DNA of 20,000 nucleotides. Origin: Trichoplax sp. H2. Taxonomy: Eukaryota. The notes under the pieces are model-generated. The model was not told the DNA's origin and did no database searches. It saw only the letters and a program-made list of their open reading frames with translations. The stretch covers positions 113,787 through 133,786 of the forward strand of contig NOWV01000202.1 in NCBI GenBank assembly GCA_003344405.1. The letters are read 5' to 3'. Below, in pieces: positions 9,806-20,000 of the stretch. Position 1 is the stretch's first letter, and every line of letters starts with the position of its first letter. Made by a program: the position numbers and the translations under genes.

Positions 9806-12800
9806 CTTAAGAATTAGCATCGATTAATATATTAGAGGGCAGGACAGCGATGTCGCCATTCTTTTCATTAATCTTTTTTTAGTAATACAGTAATTTTATT
9901 CTGCCATTATCGTGTTCCTTCTAGGGCTTTTCATTCCTTTTTTTATTTCATTCGCTACTTAGTGTTGTTGCATTGTTTCACCCCATGTTGTCTAGAAATC
10001 AACATCCACTGACTGTTATTGTGAAGAAAAGCAATTTATATTAGAATGTGGATATAAATTAATACAGTGTTAGAGTACTTGACCTATAGAAAAGTGTCAA
10101 ACTGACCTAATCGGTACATTGACTAGCATTCAGTATTTTCATTTTTTGATCTTATAGATAGAAACGACATCAATCGATTATATTATTTTATTCATTCTTC
10201 TGGCCTATTTGATCGTCACTAATAATACATCACCGAAAAATTCACGATCAAATTAAAGCCGTGAAATACTAATTTCTTATTTGGTGATCGAATCGCTTTA
10301 TTTTACAAGCAATCTCATTAAAACTTATGTCGGCTATTTCAAGATTTTAACTTATCCAGTAGTCCAATTACCAAACTTTAATATCTTAACATTTTCAAAT
10401 TATTGGATAGAAAAGCTAATCGAAATTCATTGGAGCGTTAGCTCTTGTGATCATACTTTATTTTTAGGTGAACCGAAAGATAAAAAGGAACAGGACGTCC
10501 TTTCATTCATATATCAATACAACGATTAGATACTGCTGTGATAATTCTCGTTTAAAAGAATCAACTTTTATTGGATTACCAAAATATCAGTCTCGGATTA
10601 ATCTAAAGTTAATTGCCGATTTACTTTCATTCATGAACAACCGACTTGCCCAGCAATGACGAGTTGAAACTATAAATGCGGACTTAGCCTCTGACTACGA
10701 TTAAATTAACATCCATCAACGGAATCGGTAACTTTGTGACAATACGAGAAAGAAAATTACCCTGGTAGAAAGGTAAAATCGAATCAATCTATATTTTGGA
10801 TATGTATTTTATGTAGTTGAATCTACCATATAACTTGCGATAATCTCCCTTTGAAAAATAAAATAGATCATAAAGTCAACTGTCTACTAGTTTCAAGCAA
10901 TTGCTTCTGACACGAAAACCTTACTTAACAATCATCGTTGATTATTACACAACTGCTGCCTATATCTAGTTTTGTCTCGGTGTAATATCTGATCTCCTAT
11001 TACTAATACAGTAATATGTAATTTAATTCCTTACATTATTCTTAATTTATATTTTTTATCAGTTTAACTCTGTACAATAGCGAAATTGTCTTGATAGCAT
11101 TGAATTTTTTACCATAAATCCATTACAGGACTCCGGAATTCTTGATCAAGTCCTACGTATCTAAGTAAATAATAGTTGTTTGTCTAGTTATTTCCTCACA
11201 AAGTTGAATGCACTGTGCTATTTGTTGCCAGTTTATCATAATGTGCATACTAATTCCTGTACATTATTGTAGTTACTAGCCCAATATCTCACATTTTAGT
11301 CCACCATGTTGGACATAGATTATACTTAATCAGTCTTTACTGCCGGATATGTCTCTGCGATAGAAATATGAAGATACCTTAATCTACGAAATTTATCAAT
11401 GTCTAAATACCCTTATTAGTTTATATTGAACTAAAGCAGATACTTTTTGTATCAATAGATGAATATTATTAGTTTATTTGCCTCATTATTATTTTATTAA
11501 GAGTAAACTGGGATATACTATTCTAACGTAGTTTGTGAGATATTTTTCTCGAAAATTTTGCATTCTAATTTTAATTACGTATAGATAGAAATCGCACAAA
11601 CGTCCTGTAATGATCATTGTAAAGCCAAGTACAAAACTAAAAGTTATTTTAGAAGCAGGAAAGTTACGATAAGTGCTATACAGCTTTCTGTACCTTATTT
11701 TTTGAAAAGTGTTTCTGTAGAGAAAAAAATAGCCTGAGAAGTTTATAATTCATCATATTCTAGCGTAGATGTCGGCTTAGGATATCTAACATTTCGATGT
11801 TTACTTCAAATACAGTCTGTTTATTTATTCTTATTTTACCTTTTATAAAGAAGCGATTGGCTAATTAAAACATACAATATAAAGATAACTTTTGCAATTC
11901 ATATAATATATCTATACGATGTTATCATAGTGATACTGCGCGGTTGCTGGCCATACTAGTATTAATTGATTCCAATTTTCGTTAAAATAACATAATTTTA
12001 CTTTCTTATTTCCCTCCTTCTGATATCAACTATGCAATATTACTTGATCCAATATAACTATCATTTATGTAAACGTATATACAGTTATCACACCATCTAG
12101 TTACAGTTTTAAGTTTACAAAGGATATTTTCTTACTTATTAACTTACATCAGCTGTATAAGCCTTGGGAATAAATATCGTATGTAGATAATAGGTATCAT
12201 CTGCTGTAGTAATGGCCTTCGGTTTTATTGCGACATTTTTACTGTATGATTTCCATCAATATAATTTATATTATGAAATCGGAGATAGAACATAGCTTAC
12301 GAATTTTTTGCGTAGGCTCATTGTCTTCCTTAAATTCTAATGATATTTTACGAACCATAATATAATTATTAGCGATGCCAGATAATCTTAGGTATTTTAA
12401 CAAGATACATAGTTCGTATATCAGGTATTTAGGTCTATACTAGAATCAATTTCTGTATGAATCTTAATTTTCAATTGCATCGAATAATTTAACATAAATG
12501 CTTTATCTCTACTGACATTAATCATATATTTTAGTTGTAATTTGGGAGTTAACAAAATTTTGTTTAGCTCAACCATTCATTGCGATTTTCTACAGCAATT
12601 TCACAATTTACATAAACGAGTGTGCCCTGGATAACCTTTGATCGCCTACATGGCCAATATCTGGAAATTTTTGCCATGCTACTTTAATTTTACTCTATTC
12701 AGATGGATTGACTCTAAATTAAAATCTAGTACAAATTAAATTCTACTGTTAGCTATCAATAAGGCCCAATTTAGGAAATGGTAAATTCTAGATTTTACCT

Positions 12801-14470
12801 ACAACGTGAATTTTGCGAAATGAATCGATATGATGAAGGTGGACTAGGATTCTTTCCGTTTTCATTTTTATTTTTAATATAAATTATATTACTGGAAGAG
12901 TCATTATTATTAGATAAATGATACAGTTAGAAAAATAAATCTTAATGACAATACCTTAAATCAAACTAGAATGTCTCTATTAATTATCATTAAATTTTTA
13001 CTCGTCTGTTAAAGATTCAATATCGTTAATCTAGGCTATATTGATGTACAATCCTCAGATGCATGCATAATCAAGCCGCTATTTTTGCAGGGCAGATTAT
13101 TATATTTAATGCCTGGTTTCAGAATGATTAGAAATAAACTTGACATTCGGTTGCTATTGACTAACCGATTGAAGTTATAGCTGAACTTTTGAACCTTTTC
13201 TACGAGGCACAATAAGATAATCAATCCGTTCGTATGATCAAATTTTGGGCTACTGTAGCGAGTAGTGCCACTAGAATTAAATACCATGCACTGCGAGAAT
13301 TCTAGATGCTTAAGATAGTTTTAAAGTATTTTCAACTGTTACTATAAAACTTGATATGCACAATTCTAGTCCGGGGAAAGATTACTCTAAAAAGGTACTT
13401 TACTTTTGGAAGTACTTTATACTATTAGTAACTGTTAGCAGTAAAGCTTGTTATGCGCAATTTCAGTCCAGTAAAAGACTACATTAAAAGGTATTCTGCT
13501 TTTGAAAATCATGTATTGATGACGTTAAATGAATTAAAGCTTCAACTTTAATGCTTTTCACTTATATTAATCTAATCATCATGTTAAATCAAAAGCAAAT
13601 GAAACATTTATTTTTAGGCTATGTAAGTGACATAAGACTTACTCTATAAGAACTTCGAAACCTTGTTAAGAAGTTATTCTAGATAACCCTGTTTTAGTGA
13701 GCAAAGGTTCAGAATTACTACTTTAGAGATCTGATTGAAAGCTCATATTCATTAAAATAAACAGTTGATGTCTTTATGCTTAAATTATGATTGAAATGAA
13801 TGAATGATGATGACTTTACTGACGATATATTAAAAGAAAATTTTTCTGTCAGAATATAACTGAATTTTTAAATGGTTGGATATAAATCCCTACATTTTTG
13901 TTTTCTTTTTTGAATAATTAATAATTTTATTGATGCTTTGCACAAAATTAAACTATTTTTCGATATTGCCTTTAAATATTCATATGCTAATAATGTTGCA
14001 GAGACTTGTAACATTAATCATTGTGATGAAGCGATCGGGATCAAAATACTTTGATTACTACTTCATTTCTTGGCAACATTACATTAGCAATAAATAGTAA
14101 TATTTTATAAAATCAATTCGAAGCCAATTGAGAAACCATCCATACTACGTATAGTCGTAAGCGTAGGCAGGTTATATTATGATCACTCGGAGTGCTTTTT
14201 CGTATTCCAATGAGTTCACTGTATAACATTCCCTCTCGACAGACCCAATTTTTAGTATCTTGATTAAGCATACACTCGAAACATGTCCATTTGATCAGCT
14301 GTCTACGTAGCCCACGTTACTTTCTTTAATAATAAATGGTAAGGATCGTTTAACTTTGAAAATTTAAAATACCCTCTTTCCTTCATATTACTTGCACAAG
14401 ATAAATTATAATATTATCGTTATAATGTAAATCCATTTCTAATTAATAAGTATAAAAATGTGATTAATTC

Positions 14471-14505
14471 ATTAATCATTTGATTTCTACTTCACACTTT
14501 TACAG
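14471..14505 (+). other. Probable 3' splice acceptor of a 5'-UTR intron of the GPCR gene
   Basis: Branch-like TTAAT and a pyrimidine tract (tttctacttcacactttt) ending in TACAG at 14501-14505, 91 nt upstream of the ATG. Sequence is very AT-rich upstream and less so downstream. Confidence 0.6.
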
Positions 14506-14596
14506 ATTGCTGTAAATCGTATGAAAATTGGCTATCTCAATGTAGAAGTGGAATTATTGCGTCTTGTTAATCTTTTGGCTAAGAGGTTTAGGGAAA

Positions 14597-15697
14597 ATGT
14601 CGTCTATTGAGATTTTAGTGACATCTGCAGCATTTACTGTCCCAAGCAATCAATTAAGCGCAGATGCAATTGCTGAAAGTGTCGTATGGGGAATTATTGC
14701 CTTACTAACTGTGATTACCAACAGTTGCCTACTTTATATCTTAATTAAGAAGCGCCATTTAAAGATTGTTTCCAGGCCAATATTAATCAGCATCGCTATA
14801 GCAAGTATTCTATTTGCAATCCTATATATTTTACCACGTTGGAGCATCCCCAACATTTACCATAATCCTATCTTATGTCATATTTTACCAGTTTTGGGCC
14901 AATCATTTATATTAACAATTAATTTTCATGTATGGATTATTGCTGTTGATCGCTACATATTTATTGTTCATCCACAGCGCCATCGTGCTCATTGTACTAG
15001 AACTACAACTTGGACAATCTTATTAGTGGTCTGGATTATAACCTTATTGATGCCATTTGTGCCTTTAATGACCTATAGTCCGATCGATCCTAAAACTTGC
15101 GATTATATCGTTCAGGATAACTTGTCTAATGAAATCTTTTACTTAACCTATTTCATCGTCTTTTTTTTCGTACCGCTGATCATCATTACTGTAGTTTATA
15201 TCGGTATTTTAATTATGCTGCATTCCAAACAAAAACGGTATAGGCAACAATTATCGATGGATACTTATGGATTAACACAAAAACATCATATTAAAAATGG
15301 ACGCACTCTTGCCCATATGCTAACATTCATTGGTGTATTTGTTATATTTTGGCTACCATTTGTTTTAACCTTCTTGATTTTACAACTGAGGCCTAAAACA
15401 GACCTTCAGCTACAAGTACTCAAGGTTACGCAATATATTGCCTTCTCCTATCCAGCTTTTAATCCAATCATATATTCTTATTTTACATTAAAAATACGTC
15501 GAGAAATTTTCTCAATGTTTAGACAATGTAAAAATAAACTAGGCTGCAACATTGCTTGTATTCCTTATTGTCGTTCTGCCGCCATATCACCCGAGCAGCT
15601 AGTACAGGAACGTTATGATGTGGCAGCAGCTCGCGTTATTGATGTTAAACATCCCTCGACGGTAGTTGCTGAGAATTCTTCTTTCTTAGATAGATGA
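14597..15697 (+). CDS. Class A (rhodopsin-like) 7TM G-protein-coupled receptor, orphan, single coding exon, 366 aa
   Basis: Uninterrupted ORF with 7 hydrophobic segments and class A motifs: N1.50 (ITNS), C3.25 (LCHI) with an ECL2 Cys (TCDY), DRY (AVDRY), W4.50 (VVWII), P5.50/Y5.58 (FVPLIIITVVY), FxxxWLP (FVIFWLPF) and NPxxY (NPIIY), followed by helix 8 and C-tail cysteines. The first in-frame ATG is at 14597 (aaaATG). The track's 14564 start is a TTG, and there is an in-frame TAG at 14543. Confidence 0.95.
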   Translation: MSSIEILVTSAAFTVPSNQLSADAIAESVVWGIIALLTVITNSCLLYILIKKRHLKIVSRPILISIAIASILFAILYILPRWSIPNIYHNPILCHILPVLGQSFILTINFHVWIIAVDRYIFIVHPQRHRAHCTRTTTWTILLVVWIITLLMPFVPLMTYSPIDPKTCDYIVQDNLSNEIFYLTYFIVFFFVPLIIITVVYIGILIMLHSKQKRYRQQLSMDTYGLTQKHHIKNGRTLAHMLTFIGVFVIFWLPFVLTFLILQLRPKTDLQLQVLKVTQYIAFSYPAFNPIIYSYFTLKIRREIFSMFRQCKNKLGCNIACIPYCRSAAISPEQLVQERYDVAAARVIDVKHPSTVVAENSSFLDR

Positions 15698-16068
15698 ACA
15701 TTCTGGGACGTAGGCTAAAATATAATACTGTGTAGCCTATGAAACTCGTATACTTTTAAGAGAAGCTTATTCTCTCTAAAAAGATAGATGTTTGTACATG
15801 AGTAGTGTCTTCGAAGAATCGCTTAAAAAGTAGGTACCTGGAACTAATATAGAGTTATGGACGTAGGAGGATAGATTATGATTAAGAAATATATATTTCG
15901 TTTTTTTACGATTAGAATTCATTGCTTACAATAGTAGCGATGAAATATTCGCCCATAGACGCATTTAAAAATTTAAGATACCAATGTTATTTAATTGAAG
16001 ATAGATTTCTCATGTAATTTTTATTTGTAAATTATACTGAATCTTCCAAGATAGATTTTCAAAATAGG

Positions 16069-16139
16069 AATAAAACTTTTTCTGATTACAATTGTAAAAC
16101 TAATTTAAAGAACGTGTAATGAAATCCTACATGAATAAA
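16069..16139 (+). terminator. Candidate polyadenylation signals for the GPCR mRNA
   Basis: AATAAA at 16069-16074 and 16134-16139, about 370-440 nt after the stop codon. The hexamer is common in AT-rich DNA, so support is weak. Confidence 0.3.
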
Positions 16140-19100
16140 TATTTATACTAAAACTTTATCTAAAATGCGTTTTAGATTTTAATTATGAAGGGAAGTACTC
16201 AACTTGTGATCTTTTTACTTGATGGTAATAAAAAATCAGATGAATTCTATATTTTCCTTTATGTTATACAGCTTCTGGTAGATATTTTAAGGCAGTATAG
16301 CAGTAGCAAAGATATGATAGTTTATCTCTTTTGCAATCTTACCGATTCCATGTGATATTTACGTTGTGAAAATATAGTACCATAATATGAATAAAAATTT
16401 GTCAAGAATTAGTTTAAGTTGCGTTAATACAAAAAAATTTACTGTCGCATATATTAGGTCTCGAATAGACTTATTAAGGATTCTACTTATTCATTTATAA
16501 GTTATCATATAATACTACTCTATGTTAAAGCTCGATAATCATTAGGTCGTCAGAAATCATTCTAGAATATGCCTAACGACAATAAACTCTTATGAAAGTT
16601 TTATTCGACATTACAGATTATGACTGAAATAAAAACAATATCTTCGTTGACTTTGCGATATCTGGTGCTGTGTTGAATATACTTCGACTAATATGGCGTT
16701 ATTATAATTTTGTTGTAGCTATCAAATTCAAATATTTGATAAATTTTAGAAATTCTATTTGGCGTTTAATGCAGCACGAGTGCTTAATCGCATTACTAAG
16801 GTTACTAGAAGTATCTTCGACTGTCGTTATTATGAGACTAGATGAAACTCTCATTATCATGATTTTGAAGAGGTATTCGAAAGATAGGAATAAGACTGTA
16901 TAATTAATATAATCAAAATTTCTAAATTAGAAGACATTTCGAGGTCGACTAATACTAACGATACAATTTTGACTTTAATACTTGGATATGTCGTCATGAT
17001 CCGAATTAAACTGGATGCTCCGTATTTGCGTTTAGTAATTGAGATTGTAGCTATAAGCTTATTTTCTTTTTTAATTAAAAATTAATAGATTTGTTAAGTT
17101 AATAGACCCCATTAAGTATACGAATGGTGCGTTTCGCAAGAATATCTTTGTAAGCATTTTAGTCTATTACATGAGGATGCAGGGTAACCCTCTTGACTTA
17201 AAATTTTACTAACAGTCATTGGCATGAATTTTGGAATTTAAAAAATTTTAATTGTATTGGACCTTTACTTCAATGGCAGATTCTAGATCATAAATAAGAC
17301 TGATAAATTGGGACAACTTCGGGGATTTATTTCATAATTTATCATTATCAAGATAACCGCAGATAAAGTATACACGGTTATCATTTATCATTAATCTGTT
17401 GATATAAAAGCATAGGGCAATTTGAATAACATTGAACAAATCCATAAGCAACATTATTTGCAGGAAATTTGCTAAGAATTCTTACAGTCACGTCGAAACT
17501 TAGAACGAAAGAATGTAATTTTACAAGCTGAAACCTTACATTTAATACATTTTCACGTTACCATAATTGCTTTTAAATCGGCCCCGTGGTATTTAACATG
17601 TACAATTCATTTCGTTATAATAACTGATAGAAGATTGATAACTAAACTATTCTATATTCAAATTAATAAGCTCTCTTTGTTTAGATAGGACAAAATATCC
17701 GAGCATTCATAATTTCTATGCAGTGGATAAAGAGTAGCAAGTGGCCAGTTTATGTTAGCTTGCTTTAAATATTAATATGGCTTTGGAAGGCAGCAGTTTA
17801 TTAAATTACCAATTTACAGGAATCGAGACCAGGCTCTTATATACTTTTATCAACCTTATTATATTCCTATTGTTGATTATTAGATGATTGAGTTGATGTC
17901 TGCCCCTTGAAAGACTTCAATTCGGGTTTACTTTTATAATTCTTATACTGCTTGTATCTTAAAGTATAACAATTTGTGTTAATAGGCACTGAGAGCTTCA
18001 ACTATACTTCTAGCCACAGGATTGAATATTATTTTGAAAAAATTAATAAAATTGTAAATTTTACCACATAAAATTGAAGTTTATGTCGGATTAAAATGAT
18101 TTTATAGGCGTCCTTGGCGAAATTTTAGGATTCTTTTACATCATCAACTTCATTTTCTGCGAACCTATTGCATTAACATCTTCGTTGCCTTCATAATTTT
18201 TAACATTAAAATTTTGATTTTAATTTTACTTTTATCCACTTCCTTACCTACGCTATACTTAATATTTGTTCATAAAAATATTTAAAATTAGGAGTAGAAT
18301 GCATACTTCATTTGATGAATGCTTTTTTTACGAAAATTTTATTACTTATGAAGCTACGTATATTTTATGCTTTATACTTAAAATGTTTGTAATAACATTT
18401 ACAGAAAAGCCACAAGCAATCATTAAAATCTTTAGCATGGTTAAAATGAATCATTTACATGGAAATGCGTTATTTATTATTATGTTGTGATAGCTAGATA
18501 TCCTTTGACCTTGGATGGCAGTAGGTATTCTAAATTGAATTTCCAGTCTGTCAGAGCGTAAGGCTATAGATTAAATTATCGATTGTTAATTAACGACTTA
18601 ATATAAAAACAGAAAGTAAGCTAAAAACAAGTTTAGCATTGTCATCCACTAATAATGAAATGGACAGTACTATGTAAAAATTACAATTATTTTGATCATC
18701 TGATACCAGCCAATCCCTATTAGAGGATAACTTAAAGAAAGCCAAAATAGATAAATAAATAGATAATTGGCCTGTCGTATTTTTAGAATACTTTATTTTT
18801 CGTCTATATTATTAATAGCCAACAGAATCGCATGTTATTCTATCGATCAAATGTATAATTGGTCAATGTAAATATCGGATGTTTACTTTTTTTTAAGAAA
18901 ATCATCAGGAAGGATGCAGTAGGCGTTAGCACTACTAATAGATGAATAATAAATTAAATACACTATGATCATAATGGTTAATAAAAATTATCTACGCCTT
19001 TTAAATCAAATTTAGGCGTGCTGTTCTTAAATAGCAATTATATAGTTGTATTGAGGCAGATAAAGGTATTTTTAACCTATTTATCATCAATATATATCAA

Positions 19101-19604
19101 TATAAAAGCAATGAAGCCAACTTTCCATACATAGGATTTTATGAATATATCAATATTGTAATTGATTAGACATTAAGTGTTTTGCTAGTCTACCGCGAAG
19201 CAGATGGAAGGTGATAAAAATATTAAGGATAGAATGCGATCTAATAGTTACGCTATTTTACATAACAGAAGCTGTCAACTCGTAGTGAGAAATATTTTAG
19301 AAGCCAAATTCATCCCTACTTCCTTATTCAATTAAGAAACCAGAAAATGTTTATTCATTCGCAATTGAAAGCAGTGGATTAAATCTATTCGTGTACATAT
19401 GAAAGTCTATATATTATTGTTATAGCATTATTTCAAAGTCATTTATTTTAAGTCATAAATTAAAAATGCAACAGCGTTGATATTGACTGAACAATAAATT
19501 TAAGGAATAACTAGATCTATGAAATAATGACTAAAATCAAAGAAAATTATCATTATCATCTTTTATCAAGCAAAGATAACAAGAATTGGACTACTATATT
19601 TCAT

Positions 19605-20000
19605 TGTCACGGTACGCCGTTACTAATTAAGTAACTGTAAATTAATGAATGCTTATGAATAGATAAGATAAGGTTATGTGCTATGTTTTAATGCGCTTGT
19701 AGCTGATAATAGGATGGTAGAAATGAGATAAAAATAGAAGTTGTTAGCAGTTAATTTACTGTAGGTTTATAAGTTGTGTTAATCTCTAAAAATTGAGCTG
19801 TATATGGACGAAGGTTAAGCGTCTTAACACCTGATAGCTTGTAGCTATCTAAGTCTGAGGATATCGACATGTATATTTAGTAATGGTATTATACTAATTA
19901 ATGTAACTTGCAAAGCATGAATTCTCACTCGTTAATATTGGAATTCACTGTAGAAACCTATTTAAGCGCGTGTGTTTGTAGAATAAAAAAGTAATTAGAT
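19605..20000 (+). mobile_element. Second copy of the element-2 LTR, inverted relative to 2588..3174 and running to the window edge
   Basis: Starts TGTCACGGTACGCCGTTAC. It is the reverse complement of ~2793..3174 with about 18 differences in ~380 nt by manual alignment (~95%). TATTTAA and AATAAA lie near 19959-19987. Confidence 0.88.

Noticed and set aside
13605..13628. Possible 5-nt microexon (tttttAG|GCTAT|GTAAGT)
   Set aside because: Both splice motifs are short and common in AT-rich DNA, and there is no independent support.
14564..14596. 11-aa N-terminal extension of the GPCR given by the ORF track
   Set aside because: It starts at TTG. In a eukaryotic gene the ATG at 14597, with A at -3, is the likely start.
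14597..15697. Assignment as an opsin or aminergic receptor, or a gene symbol
   Set aside because: No Lys at 7.43 and no Asp at 3.32. No orthology is recognisable by eye.
1615..18490. Remaining short ORFs (1615, 4165, 4242, 10281, 13036, 16670, 18266)
   Set aside because: They are 61-84 aa, rich in I/L/F/N/K as expected for random AT-rich DNA, several have non-ATG starts, and none has a recognisable motif.
3175..19604. One giant element (DNA transposon TIRs or a full LTR retrotransposon) spanning the two homologous repeats
   Set aside because: The copies are inverted, the left one has its own TG...CA ends and LTR signals, and no transposase or gag-pol ORF lies between them.

Overview
AT-rich eukaryotic genomic DNA, mostly non-coding. 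The base composition and an intronless, divergent rhodopsin-type GPCR suggest an early-branching animal such as a placozoan, but that is inference only. The one well-supported gene is a class A GPCR (14597..15697, +) with a probable intron in its 5' UTR. The main hidden structure is a cluster of solo-LTR-like elements with TGT...(A/G)CA termini: 1128..1562 (perfect GACCT target-site duplication, TSD), 2588..3174, 8095..8724 (perfect GTAAT TSD), and a ~95% identical inverted copy of the second element from 19605 to the window end. They share a TATA-box / AATAAAG...CTCAA core and terminal hairpins despite divergent interiors. Also present: two local duplications (6700..7470 and 8967..9315), a candidate CCAAT-CRE-TATA promoter near 9.7 kb, and a few weak exon candidates. 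I saw no rRNA, tRNA, CRISPR array or intact transposase/pol ORF.
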